Source: Monocercomonoides exilis PA203 (Eukaryota; Protista; Preaxostyla). Taken from it: DNA of 64,000 nucleotides. A program made the position numbers and the translations under genes. Location of the stretch: positions 496,001 to 560,000 of the forward strand of contig LSRY02000051.1 of NCBI GenBank assembly GCA_001643675.2, written 5' to 3'. Position 1 is the first letter of the stretch, and each line of letters starts with the position of its first letter. The notes beneath the pieces were generated by a model. That model did no database searches. It saw only the letters and a list, made by a program, of their open reading frames with translations, and was not told the origin of the DNA. Positions 38,301 through 51,696 of this stretch are shown here, piece by piece.

Positions 38301-39116
38301 AGAAATCAACTGCAGCAAGAATTTTATGATTACAAGCAGATTTCTCATTTTTCGGTTATTACTCTTCAAAAGAACCATTCAGACCTTTATAAAAAAACGT
38401 TTAATTTTCTTTCAAATTGCATGAACAACGATTATCGCTATGTCATTGAATGCATAGAATCTGTATTGAAAAGATCTATTTTCGGTAAGGCAACATCATT
38501 TAAATTTTTCTGCGATGCTGGGTCGCATAATAGAAATCGGTTCATTTTGCATTTCATATTATCAAACAAAACAAAGTTATTCAAGAACAAACGTTGCGAG
38601 CTCAACTTCTTTGTTGAGCATCACGGAAAAAATTTGTGCGACAGTGAGTTTGGCGTGTATGTTAAGGCAATAAACAACAATATTTCCTCAGAAACAATAA
38701 CAACATTGCAAGATCTTCTGTTATTCTTTAACAATATTATAAAAACAAATCAATCATTTTCATCTTCTAACAATGAAAAAACTTCAAATTGTGAATTTCA
38801 TCAAAGATTTTTTGAGGAATATCAACCTTCAGAAAAAAAATATTGGTCAGCTTTGAATGTCCAAAGAATGAAGGATTTTTTGTATTTCGAACGCAGTGGA
38901 ACTTTGATCAGTGGATCGGCAGTAGGATTCGAACCACAGCGCTCTCTTGTTCCTCTGGATGTGACAGAATCAAAGCTTTTTGTTCAACAAGAAAGAAAAA
39001 CTTTCAATTCAAAGTCAATTGACAGCAATACTCTTTTTATTTCGCAACAATCACAGAATATTATTGAGCGAAGGCTTGCTCTCTTCAGAAATGAAACTTT
39101 TTCAAAGCTTTTTTGA
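35323..39116 (+). mobile_element. Sola2-like DDD transposase gene with an in-frame USP (peptidase C19) deubiquitinase domain; probably 3 exons
   Basis: USP Cys box GLPNLGNTCYIASILQC (Cys codon 36846), EQQNAVE, Zn ribbon CSKC/CPIC, His box SGHYIAIVR (37566) and WIICNDSSV (Asp 37626). Transposase region: EKRLI...ISFSHFYRL...TDLCGLC...HKQMA..QR, FDFKE (38268), FCDAGSHNRN (38514), NFFVEHHGKNLCDSEFG (38640). Plausible GT-AG introns at ~35486-35564 and ~35797-35859. Confidence 0.8.
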
Positions 39117-42100
39117 TAATAACTTTGAATGCTTATCAACATAAGCTACAGCAATTGCACATTCTGAGTTGGCATCTTGTTGGAGTGATGCTGAATGTGG
39201 CTGCTTTTATTAGAATTAATAATAAAGAATTATTTTTTCCAGTTTTGGATGTGAGATGATATTTTTCAGTTGTGCAATTAATGTTTCCCAACGTATGCTG
39301 ATGATGAGAAAGACAAATTTGGAAATCTATGTGACATAAAGAACGATATTAAACATACGCATTGACAAAGTTGCTCAAAGAAAAAAAGGCAAACTCGAGG
39401 TACCAATCATCTTGTTATTGAAGTGAGATGAGAGAAATTGCTTTTTGTTGAATTTCTATTTAATGTCATCCTTTCTTTTTGTGAAAATTGCAATGTTCAA
39501 CTTATTTAAATGGTGAAGATGTTAAAATTTAACACAACACAATAACGTTTTATGATGAAGTGCACTTGCTGTAATTGTTAAAGAAGAGTTTAACAAAAAC
39601 CTTTTTCGAGATATATGAACAATATAAAAAAATTATTAGCCCACATACTCTGCTGTTCAAGAACAACCTTCAAACCTTTGTCAAATGTTGAAGATTTACT
39701 GGTCCTTCAAATCTTAGTATTTGATCATTGAATTTCACAGAAGAAGAAGAGGATTTTAGTCAAAAATTTATATGAATGAGTCCCTCTCCCCAGTGACACC
39801 ACAAACACACTCGGCGATGAGCTTCTTGTAACGTTGTGATCGATCCCCACATGCCCCGCCTCCAGTTGACCAGAAGATATACTGAATAATGTTGTCGAAA
39901 AAACAAAAATAGAATTAATCCCAATCATACTCACAGTCTTCCCTCTCCCAACTATTGAAATCATCATTTCCCCAAACTAATCGTCTCCCCTTCGATCACA
40001 TGCTTTCCGCGCCGCAAAGTGATCGTCGAGCTCAGCTGTGCCTTGCTCGCTCATGAAACGTACACCAATGTCTTACATGGCTCTGCGTTTCTTATCCTTC
40101 GCAAATCGCTTTCGTCATCTCCATTTATCTAAGCCTATTATTCATTTTCCACTTCGCTTTACCACTACAACTTTTCCGTTAACATTTTCTAATGTCCATT
40201 TCTGTTTTGCATTTGCTTCTCTCTATCATCTCCATATAATGCGGTTCACACCTTATTCCAAACTGATTTTAATAAAAAATGATACAATCCATTACTAAAA
40301 TTCGTGAAAGCACACCTCAAAATAAAAATGTTACATCACTTTTTTTGACAGGAAGCTCTCTTCAAAGACACTTGTGTATTTTTTTTTCTGTCAAAAATCA
40401 ACAACTCTATTATTCTCTTGTGAATAATTGAATATATTAGTCAGCGCTGAATATAATTAATTCTGTTCGGAAAAAATGAAAATGAGACAAAATAAACTTC
40501 AAACAAAGAAATGAATGATTCAAGAAATTATTATCAAATTAAAAGATATCATATTTCTTCAATTTCTCAGAACAAACAAAACACAAATACTTAAAACAAT
40601 ATTATTGTCGAAAGAAATGGAATTTCTAAACTGCAACAAACTTCTAATATCAAATATTTTGGAAAAGTTTAACTTCAACGATTTTGTTTTTGAGAATTTC
40701 TTTCCCGAGAAATTGATCCGTTGAAAATTTTAGTTAGTTTTTAATATTGCAAGATGAAATCCATGAATAAACAAATTGTTCTTTAAAAATTCGAATGAAT
40801 TTCGCTTCCTGTTCGTTTGATTGTGTTCACATTGGCAATGTTTTCCATCAATCTTATGGCTGCAGATTTTCTTTTCATAAACAAAGCATGTTTCTTGTTG
40901 AAAACCATCAATTATTGGAAATGAAGAAACACATATTTATTCACAAACCACTTTTGTAAAAGTTGAAATATAAGTCGATTCAACTCAAATTGATATTTGT
41001 GAGGTTTTCATTTCGATTGCGTGGGAGAAATATGGATGAAACTTTATTACTAACAAGTTTTATAATGGGATTGTTTTGGTTCACTCAAAATGTGGTTGAC
41101 AAAATAAAAATACATAAAATGAAATTCCTGATGAATAATTCGAGAATTAAAAAGAGAGAAATAAAAATGAGCTGTCAATTAAAACTTTTAATTTGATGAG
41201 ACTATTTTAATGATCCCATAAAAAATCACCCATATATATTATAAGTCATTTATATTTTTTTGTCAAAGCATTATTGCTGAAAAAAATCAATTAAAACCAA
41301 AATTAAAAAAGCTCGAGTATATTAATCACCCAAAATGAAATAAAAAATGTTTTGAGGATCATTCTCATTTTTTCGTTTTAAACATTTTCAAGAAAAATTT
41401 CCTCATTTTCAACACTTATAAAAAAGAAATTACTCTTTTGAAATTTTGTTTTGGAAACGTTGCCCAAAAACATTTGTGGAAATTTTAATATCAAGTGTCT
41501 TTTTGGATGCGGGAAGAAAATACATCATCAACAACATATTTATTTGATAAATTTTATCAAATGAGTGTTTTGAACAATAAGCCAATCGATCAACATGTTC
41601 TTTGCTTCAAAATTTACCATCATAATGAATAGTTAGTGGACCTTTCCTTCAAATGATATTTGCATCAGTTGGTCAAACGAATCATCAATGGAAAAATATT
41701 AACTTTTTTTCATCCTTTTCAGAATTTTACGGAAAATGGATCAAAAAGTTAAAAGGCAAAACATCAATAAAAGAGGAAAAAAGTGGAGAAAATTAGAAAA
41801 ATTTCAGAAACAGATTTTCTCCAAGATGCAACAGATCTTCGTTCTTTTCTTTCCTTCGTTTCATATGCGAGCTTTTGAACAAAAATCTTGATGAAATAAT
41901 GTGAAAGATCGTTTGTCTCATAAAATTCACACGTTTTGAAAAAGTTATATTTGTTCTTTATTTCACACAATTTTCAACCATTAATTCATGCATTTTCATC
42001 ATTCTTTCGTTTTCAATGACAGTTGATTTATTCATATGCGGTTGTTTACAAGCACATTTTTGTTATGTGATTTTTCCAAAAAAATTTTTTGAAAGGCTTG

Positions 42101-42319
42101 AATTATTCTTGTTCTCCATTTATGAATATTGATTGATTTTTCTGAAGATTCAACGATTTTCATAATATTCAGAATGGTGTGGCTGCAGCATTTCCTGATT
42201 GGAAAGAACAAGAATCATGTTTTTCCATTAACGAATCCAAAGTTATGGGCTAAAAATGTTCACTTCTTGTTTTTTTATTAAGGGTTCAGAAGAAGAATTT
42301 CAGTTTTCTTTTTCTACTG

Positions 42320-45300
42320 ATGCAAATGCTCAGTGCATCAACATTTTTGATTTCCACGGTTCAATTGTTCATAATTGCAATTCATCAATTTTCTTGTGGA
42401 GAAGAGAACTTTTTGCATAGTCATATCAGAGAGATGCATCCCGATTGTTCATTTCGAATTCCAACATCAAATATAAATCCATCTTTTCAAGACGCGCAAT
42501 TTGCAATATCTGAAAATACAGAGTCAAAAAACGATTTGAAGAGTCTTCTCAAAGCCGAATTAATAACTTCAAACACATCAATTTGCATTCGACAACTTGT
42601 GCTTCTGCAGAAAGAGGGCTGCTATTTGGTTTCTTCAAAGTTCAACTCTTCGCTTCAAATATGTTCATGCTTGCTAAAGTTTGCAGGAAGCGAAAAGGAT
42701 GGTTTGTTCTTTGGAGGTTGTGGTTCGCTTTCGTTTTGGAATATTTCGCTTCACTTTTCAAAGAATGTGAAGACAATGTCAAGCCTTGTTGAAGTACCTA
42801 TGAAAAATTTAAACTGGATTGATGATATTAATGCAGAGGTGCGTGATTCAGAATTCTTATCCTTTGTTCAAGGACCAACACCGTTTGTTCAACTGTCACC
42901 CTTGACTTCCATCACAATCAGCGAATGCTCCTTTTTTAATGTTTCACAGAAAAAAGTCAACGTGAAAACTTGCCTGCCTTTTTCTTATATGAATCCAGAT
43001 AAGAGATGTGTAATGGATTCAGTGAATTGCATTTCTGTTCAGAATCCATATCTGGGGTGTATCGTTGATGGAGCAACAAGTGTATTCATCTGCTGCAATT
43101 CGTCATTTTTGAGCTGTGAGGCAGTTACAACCAGAACGAATTTCAGCACAGGATTCAAGGAGTTCAATGACACATCTTTTTCGTTCAAAAGTGCAGAAAT
43201 ACTAAATGGTGGAGCAATTTGTCTGACAGGGGATGCATCTCTCACAACTGCAAGATGTTTGTTTGAAAACTGTTCTCTCACCAAGTCTGGTTCCAGAGCA
43301 GCTGCAGTTCGAAATGAAGGATCAGGAAAGTGGAAGTGTGAGAATACAGTTTTTCAAAATGGTTCTGCAACAGCATCTGGTGCGTTTGATATAAGGGGGA
43401 CAGGAGAACTCGAAGTGACTTTTTCCAATTTTACACAATGTTCTGCAAGAGATGGTGTTGGTGCAGTTGAGATTAACAAACAAATATCTTGCCTTCTCAT
43501 GGAAGATAATTTTTTATTGAATGAAGCAAATGGAGGTTTTGCAGGTGCACTAAATTGTTATGTTATAGAGCATGATTTTTCAGTTGTTTCTTGCTTTTTC
43601 AAGTCAAATAGAGCCAAAACTTATGCAGGGGCAATCAGATTTGATCACAGTCAAGTTTACAGTATCACTGCAACACTATCTGATTGCATTTTCATAAACA
43701 ATACAGCAAATGAAGGAAATGATATTTATGCACATGAAACATGGACTGGAAAATTGAATCTTGTTGCATCAAGGTTGTTTTCCACAAGCAATCAACCCAG
43801 AACGATATTTGCCTGGGCAACTGCAGAGGAGACCTCACATTATGTGATCGATCCGCCAAACAGCCAGAATAAGATTATGATTACAACAAATGGCTACGAT
43901 TGGGATAATTGTGGGCGAAGTGACTTTGACGAATTCAATTGTCTGACAATGAAAAAAGGAATAGAAAGAGCCAAGATAGAATCGATGAGTTTTGAGATAA
44001 AAGAAGGACTGTTTCCTTCAGGCCAAATTGATATTGGATCTTCAAATGTTATTGGAAGCGGATCTGGAGCATCGATGACAAGCATAAAGTCAGAGATGAA
44101 AAGTGGAGAAGAAGCACTTTTCAGAATAAGTTCTGGAAAACTTCAAGCATCGGAAATGAAGTTTATTCACGATGGTTCGAATGAACACTGCAGAAGTTCA
44201 TCGCTGTTTCTGATGAGCGAAAGTTCTGGGCTTCTTGTTCTTTCTTCTTGCCAAATAACTTGCGAAACTTCATCTGTAGAACAGTCCTTTTCAAAGCCTC
44301 TTATAAGTTCAGAGAATGGCAAAGTGACACTTGATTTGTGCCATATTGAGGGCTGCCAGTCTTTGAATGCATTCATCACAAAGCAATGTGGAAATCTTGT
44401 TGTGAATGATACGTGCATCTCAACAATGACTCGGCAGTCCGGGAATGGGGGTGCTATGGAAGTGATATTGGTGGATGATGCAGAATATATCGTAAAAAAT
44501 GTGTCGTTGAAGCAATGCAAGGTGGGAACAACAAATGAAAAGGGCGGGGGAATCTATTTGGTTCTGTGCGAAAATTCAACAAGTAATTATCAATTAGATT
44601 CTGTGAATGTGTCAGGAAATGATGCAAAATGGGGAAAAGATATGTTTGTTCAATGTGTTGACTTGAATGGATCAGTGACAACAAGTCGGATTGTGAATAT
44701 TAAAAACGATGATGGCGACAATTTGGATTTCTTTGGGATTGACAGCACAGTATTTCTAGATGCTCCAGTGAATCTGTCCTATTTTTTTCTTGCACAGGCA
44801 ATCGTTAGAAATCGAAATAAGTCAGTCTGGAAAGGATTATTCTGGATGTGGAGATGATGTATTTCCCTGCAATTCGTTTTGGAGAGGATTCAAAAACTTG
44901 GCAATTGATGCCACAAACGAAAAAAAGGAATTGAGGATTGATGGATCGACTGTTATTCAAGACCAGTTCATTTTGTCTTGTTTGATGATACGCTCGAAAC
45001 AGGGCGAAGAAACAGCGAAATTGGAATTTCAGTCCATTGTGGAGACAGGAAGTTCAGATGTGATGCTGTTGAATGAGAATAATTTGGAGTTTGACAGAAT
45101 CTGCTTCAACATTCCATCAAGTTTTATAATCTCGATATCTTCTCTAATTTCTTCCTCAGACAAGGAAAACTCGAACCTTGTTTTGAAGAAGTGCTCATTT
45201 GAAAACAAAACCAAGGATTCCATCACATTTTCTCTTCTTCTTGTTCTTGGAGGAACTCTTCGAGTCGAACAATGCACAGTATCTCAGATGGCTTTTAATT

Positions 45301-48300
45301 CAAGCCCTGTGATTGTTTCAAGCAAAGCACTTGTCGTTCTTGGAATGCTCACTATTTCCTCTGTGGAACTCACAAGTTGCCCATTAGTCTCAATTGTTTC
45401 TGAAGAGCCAAGCGACAAACGCATAAGCAGAAATGAGGAAGTTCAATCACTAACATTGAGTTCCTGTTCCTTTGAAGGAATAACCTCTTCCAGTTCAAAT
45501 ATGGCTTGCATTTTATCATCAATAATCAATGCTCCAGTTTTAATTGATCAGAGCTCATTAATGACTATTTCATCAAAAGACAGTAATGATGGAGGAGCTG
45601 TGGGAATATCCATTCAAGAGAAAGGTGCACTCACAGTAAACAAAACAGAAACAAGCAGATGCGAATGTGAAAGTGATGCATCGGGAAGAGGTGGGTTCCT
45701 TTTTCTAAACTGTGTGGACAATGCAAATATGATAAAATTTGAGGATTTGCATTTTACCAATAACATGGCAGCGATTGGTAAAGACATGTTCATTGTTTGC
45801 AGCGATCTCACAGAATTGGTCAATTCAACCTCATTCAGCTTTGCCATGGATATTGAACATTCCAAACGAGCAAATTCACTGATGGGTTTTGATAGGACTC
45901 ATTTTGCCAAAGCTGAAGATCTTTTTATTTTCATTTCAGGATATTTCAATGAAACTATTCACGTCGATGGGGAAAGAGGAATAAATAGTATCGCCTGTGG
46001 AAAGCCAAACTTTCCATGTAATTCGTTGAACTTTGGATTGAACAGAATACAGGGTGAGGGAACAAAAAATATTCTCATATCAGGGGGAAGCTCACTTCTT
46101 GAAGAAGTGCTGATGGACAATGTCACTGTTAAATCAGAGCAGGAAAACTCATCATCAAGATTGGTTGTGAATAAAACATTGGCTAATTCTGTTGGAGTTG
46201 CAATATCTGCAAGCCTTGTATCATTTTCATCAATCAACTTTTCGTTGCCGCCAATTTTCACCAATTTGCAGAAAGCTCTTATGGAAACATTGGACAGTGA
46301 ATCGTGCTTGAGCATTTCTGAATGTTCATTCAATCTCCAAAGCGAGGGAATATTGTCCTTCATTCTTTTGTCAGTCAAAAATGGAGATTTGAATCTTTAT
46401 TCATGCTCATTTGAAATACTTCAAATATCAAAGCCTTTTATTGAATTTTATCAGTCTTCGGATTCAACTGGTGGGACATTGACGATTGAACATTGTTTAT
46501 TTGGAAGTGTAACCCAAAGCATCAACAGCGCCTGTATTTTGATAACAACTATGGTCAATGATGCAAATGCTATGCTATCAAATTCATCATTTACTGTGTG
46601 CGCAGCTGATACTAGTGATTGCGGAGGAGCGTTGCATGTGAAGATGGAGGAGGGAGGAAGATTTGAGATATACAATACAAAGATTTCTTCATGCTCTGCC
46701 ATTGCAGGAAAAGGAGGTGGAGTGTTTTTGAATTGCCTTTCTCAGGAAAACAAGATGATTCCATTCCATTTCAAAAACATAACGTTTTCAAACAACAAGG
46801 CGAGGATAGGAAGAGACGTGTTTGTGAAGTGCTTTTCAATTTCCAAACAAATCAGCGAAGAACAATTTGATTTAGACTTTCGTGAGCCACCGTATGACAG
46901 GTTTAATGCGATCTGGGGTGTGGATGAAACACTTCCAATTGAAGATGTGGATCTCATTCCTCTTATTGTTGTGCATCGCAGCGAGCTGATTTTTGTGTGT
47001 GGAGTGAATGATGAGGGGAATGATGTGAAGCCATGTGGGAACTCAACAACACCATGCAAATCCTTGAGCTATGGGTTGTCTCATATTATATCTTCAGCAT
47101 ACAGTCAGCTTCTGATAGATCGAGAATGTGACATATCACAAACTTGCACTGCAAACAGTGTGACAGTTAAGAGTCTGAATCCAGCAACGCATGCTGTTGT
47201 GCATCTGAAAACGGAGGTTTCAAAATCGCAAAGATCAGAGTGTATTTTGGAAAGTGCTGAGACCGTGAAATTTGAATGTGTTTCATTTTTATTTCAACAT
47301 GGATTTGTCTCAACGTGCAAAAGCATATTCATTCAAATGAATGGATCATTGGTTGTAGCATCCTGCTTATTCTCCAGTACTGATCAGAGCATTTGCATCA
47401 ATCAATCGTTGTTTTCAATTGCTTCAGGATCATTTGATATGAGCAGAACAAGCGTGAAACACATGATCACTTCAAGGCCGTTGTTTGAGCTGAGGAGTTC
47501 TTGTTTTGCTCAGCTGCAAGCCGTTGAGTTTGGCGGATTGGCATTTGGAAGCTCACTGATCGATGCTTGTGAAGGCTCAAATCTCATCATTAAAGAAATA
47601 AACACATCAGATATCACTGTTAAAAACAGTTCTCTAATTTCAATAAAAGAGCGAAGCATTTCGAAAATGAACGAGGAGAATCTTGAAAGTTCTATTATGA
47701 TAATTCACTCGAATGTCTCTGGGATCAAACGAATGACACCAGGCACATGCTTGTTGTCATCATCTTCTTCCATTCCAACTCTCTGTCGAATATCAAACTG
47801 TTCATTTGTTAATCAGACATCATCTTCCACAAATGCACAGATAATTGATATGTCCAATAATGTTTCCATCGAATCTTCGTTTTTTGAAGGATATCAAAAT
47901 GATACCAATATCATCGATTATTCAGCAATTGAAGATGCATGCCATTGGAATGGATCGTTGATTTATCTTTTCAACAGCACTAGCCATTTGAAGGACACAA
48001 TCATCACAAACTCTGCAGAAGGGGGCATATCAATTGATCGTGGGAATGTTGACATCACCATGGGAATGTTTGTGAACAACACGCCTTCTCTTCCGCAATA
48101 TCCATCGGCTCGAAGAAATGTTGTTTGCACAGGCACTGCTGTGGTGGATGTGGTGAGTCTGAAGGGAGGCGACGGGTGGAAAGACAATTCATCGCTGTGG
48201 ATTCTGAACGAGGGGTGCACTCTGAAGGGTTTGGCCTCAGATCGACCATCGGCTTTGTTTGTCCCTGAGCTGCGCGAGGTGCAGATGGAAGTGGAAGGCA

Positions 48301-49976
48301 CACAGGCCAAGCTCAGGTTTGTGGGTGAGCTCTTGCTCCCCTGCAACCTCTCCTGCCAGCTGGTGCGCTCACTCCGCTCTGAGCAGCACATTGAGAGGCA
48401 TGAGTTTGGGGAGGATGGGTTTGTGGATGAGCACGAGGCCTGGTGTGCCGTTTCATCCTCAGAGATTGAGCCCGAGGCAGAAGCAGAAGAAGAATCAGAA
48501 GAGGTGAGTGTATGTCTTCTGTTTGGGAATGCCGATTCTCCTTCATCAACCCAGTCATTCATTCTGAAGAATAGAAGTGAGACAAAGGCAAAAGGAGATG
48601 AAAGGATCGTTGAAGGTGGAAATGAGAAGAAGTCGTGGTGGGTTATTATTGTAATTGCCTCTGCAGTTTTCATTGTGTTGCTGGCAATTATTGTTGTTTT
48701 GACTGTTCGCTGGAGAAAGCAAAAGAGAAGAACAGAAGAGCTGGAAGTGATTGTGGAAGACAATATCAAAAAGGATCCGAAAGCGTTTGAGATGGTAACA
48801 ATGGAGATGTCGCCTGAGGAACAGTGGAGGAGAGCAGAGAGGGAGGCAGAGAAGAAGAACGAAGAGAGGATCAAGAAGAGGGTGTATACAAAAAGTCTGG
48901 GACATTCTGAGTCATCAGAGCATTTGTTGAGCGAGAGTGGCTCCACTGAATATATTTTGGGAAAGGGTTCAGACAAGATTCCTCAGTGGGCATTGGAGAA
49001 GGTTGAGGAAGAGGAAATAAGAAAGCAGACTCCATCACCTTCCATTTCATCCACTTCAACAACAGACACTTCAGACACAGATTCAACTTTTGTTCGATCG
49101 GAGAGTCTGTGTCCAACCACCTCGTCGATGTCGAATCTGGTGGATGCAATGGCCTGTTCCTCGCCTCATGAAAAGCTGATTGTGGACTTGAGGGATTCTC
49201 TGTTCATGTTGTTGCATGGAAGGAATAAGACAAAAGAGATGGCAATAGGCACTCTTCAGGAGAGAGAACAAACAGCAGCCCAAATCCTGTTCTGGGTGGC
49301 GAATGGAGCTCTCCACTCATTTGATGAAATGGAGAACCCACTTCAGTCATTGGCCAGCCTGAGTCCACATATTGTGTTGTTTTCTGAACACATGGTGATC
49401 TGCATTGTCATGCATTCAGACTTCCTTTCTTCTGATGATAGTTCAGATTCCTCATCGATCTCTTCATTAACTGTTGTATCTTCATCGTCCAATATTTCAG
49501 TGATGAGCGAGAGATTCACAGACTCACCACCTCCTTCATCTGCTTTTGAAGACGAAGACGAGATAAGAAAAGAGTGTCTGAGATGGAAGGCACCAGAACT
49601 GCTGATGAACAAGAAGATGGGGGCAACAAAGGAATCAGTGTCATTCTCGATTGGGATGATGCTGTGGGAGTGTGTGACGCTGGAGATCCCGTTTGGGGAG
49701 TATGAGGGTGTGGTGGCAGGGCAGAAAATAGTGAACGGAGAAAGACCGAATTTCAGAAAGGCTGAAGAATCAAAACTTCTTCAGTTAATACAAGCTTGTT
49801 TTGCACAAAACGGAGAAGATAGACCGACTTTGACACATTTCAAAAGAGAGTTCATTCAACTTTTCCCTCCAGGAGCTGCTGTGCTCACAATGTCTGATGC
49901 AATAGACTTGGAGGAATCAAGAGAAGGCAATGACCAATCCACCACTGGTTATTCGTCAATTGTATCAAGAAATTGA
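42320..49976 (+). CDS. Second giant beta-helix/TM/pseudokinase protein (~2550 aa), split by a +1 frameshift in a T7 run at 44782-44788
   Basis: ORFs 42320-44857 and 44790-49976 join if one T is removed (PVNLSYFFLHRQSLEIEISQSGKDYSGCGDDVFPC), restoring the family repeat motif. Signal-like N-terminus, TM and tail as in 8566-17607. Confidence 0.85.
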
Positions 49977-50614
49977 ACAACTGAGAATAGTTGATGTGAG
50001 ATCCAATGCATTCACGTCAAATGTGTCATTTGTTTCTTTTTATCTATTTTCAGATTTTTGCTGTTCGGCACATTAGATTTTATGTTTTTCTCTCTCACTT
50101 CAAATGGCTGTTTTCGAAAGGAATCAGCCAGCACGTTAACAAACTCATAACACATATACACAGATAAGCAAAATTAACTTTTCCACTTAGAAAAATTGGC
50201 AAATGTCGAAAATTGGGAAACATTCATTTTCAACTTTTTAAAAAAGTGATAATTATAAAAAATTTAAAAAAAATGAAGTGAGGTTATATGAAATGAAAAA
50301 TGCAAAATTAAACAAATTGCGAATAAAACTTTTCATTTGAAAAAATTTTTGAATTTGAAATGGCATAATACCCACTATCTGGGTTTGGACATGAAATAAA
50401 CCAACTTGCTTATTTGTTTGCAAGTCATCAGCTCCAATTTGTCGGAGAAACCTTCATTTTCAATACTTATCTTTGTGACTTTTTTATTCAAAAGCCCTGA
50501 CAATAATAGTGAATCGGAAAACGAACATGTTTTTGGTATCCAAATGTTTCAAAGAAAAACGTGCACAAACAATTTGTGCCTAAAACTGTTTCAAAATACA
50601 AATTTCAATCAAAC

Positions 50615-50935
50615 GGTGGAAAATACGGACTTTCGAGCTTTTTTTTCGCCGAAAGCATTAAAGAGATGGGACAAAATATTTAACTTCAGGCATTTTCATT
50701 GAAAAATTATGCACTTTTGATTAACTTTTTGTGATCAAAAAATTTGAAAAAAATGGGTTTGTTTTTTAAAATACATTTGATGTCACAAAACAAAATGTTA
50801 TTATATCAATGATGTTTGTTGACAGATATGAAAATCAAATTGTTTTTGAGATCTGGGTTGGTTTTAAAATGTTATAAGTGAAACAGTTATTTCATGCTTT
50901 GTGCATAAAAAGCTTGAAAGTCCATATTTTCCCCC
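50615..50935. mobile_element. MITE-like element (~320 bp)
   Basis: ggtggaaaatacggactttcgagcttttt (50615-50643) vs reverse complement of 50907-50935 gggggaaaatatggactttcaagcttttt: 26/29, with a further shared aaagcat inside. No clear TSD. Confidence 0.75.
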
Positions 50936-51465
50936 AGATATGGTATATCAGCTATAGATCCATCTCGATTAAGATCATTCAATATTATCGAGTTATGTAT
51001 ATCTGATGGTAGTTATCATCTTGTATTATCAATTGGAATAGGCAATGATAATAAGATAGAGATCGATGATTATTGCTGACACTCTTAGGGGTTTATCATG
51101 ATTAGATATTCGGTGATGTTCTATAATGAAGGAGTTATTGATTTGTGTAATCGATATGTGTCAATAGCTGACATACGATATCTCCAAGGAGAAGATTAGC
51201 TAAAAGATTAACTGGAGTGTCGAAGATGGTGAATTAGTGTGAAAATTGATGAAATCGTTGATGAATAACATGAATAACATGTTGAACGTGTTGTCCATTG
51301 AACATGTGTTGTGTGTTAAACGTGTTATCGTTGATGAAATCGTTGTGAAAAACATGAGTTCGCAACGAAGTTGCTCAGGAGACTTTGTCTCCGTTGTATG
51401 TTGAACATGCGTTGGTGGAAATCGTAAATAAAAAATAATTGATTTTGTTTTTTGTTTTATAGAAA

Positions 51466-51696
51466 ATGGGTCGGAAGAAGATATACGCAACTGTAGAAAA
51501 AGCAAAAGCGGATCAACAGAAACAAATTAAACAGTTTCAGGAAAAACGTAAGGAAGAAACTAAGTATTACAACGAACATGTATCCGAAAAACAGAAGATA
51601 TTGATTAAGATATTGAGGAGAAAGCTTATCGAAAGTGATGAGTTGTTAGATGAGATGATGGAAAAAGTTAATGGTTATTTGCATGCACCGGGTTGA
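51466..51696 (+). CDS. Small basic helical hypothetical protein (76 aa), probably part of the helicase-bearing element
   Basis: ATG-initiated after an AT-rich leader. MGRKKIYATVEKAKADQQKQIKQ... has a charged helical composition. Convergent with the helicase gene. Confidence 0.5.
   Translation: MGRKKIYATVEKAKADQQKQIKQFQEKRKEETKYYNEHVSEKQKILIKILRRKLIESDELLDEMMEKVNGYLHAPG

Noticed and set aside
39100-39300. Minus-strand peptide QQDANSECAIAVAY resembling a Ulp1 QQxNxxDCG motif
   Set aside because: Short match with no upstream His/Asp motifs or coherent frame.
35100-40330. Candidate TIRs for the Sola-like element (ttttgaggt near 35240 vs acctcaaaa near 40315)
   Set aside because: Only 9 bp of AT-rich match, with no extension or TSD.
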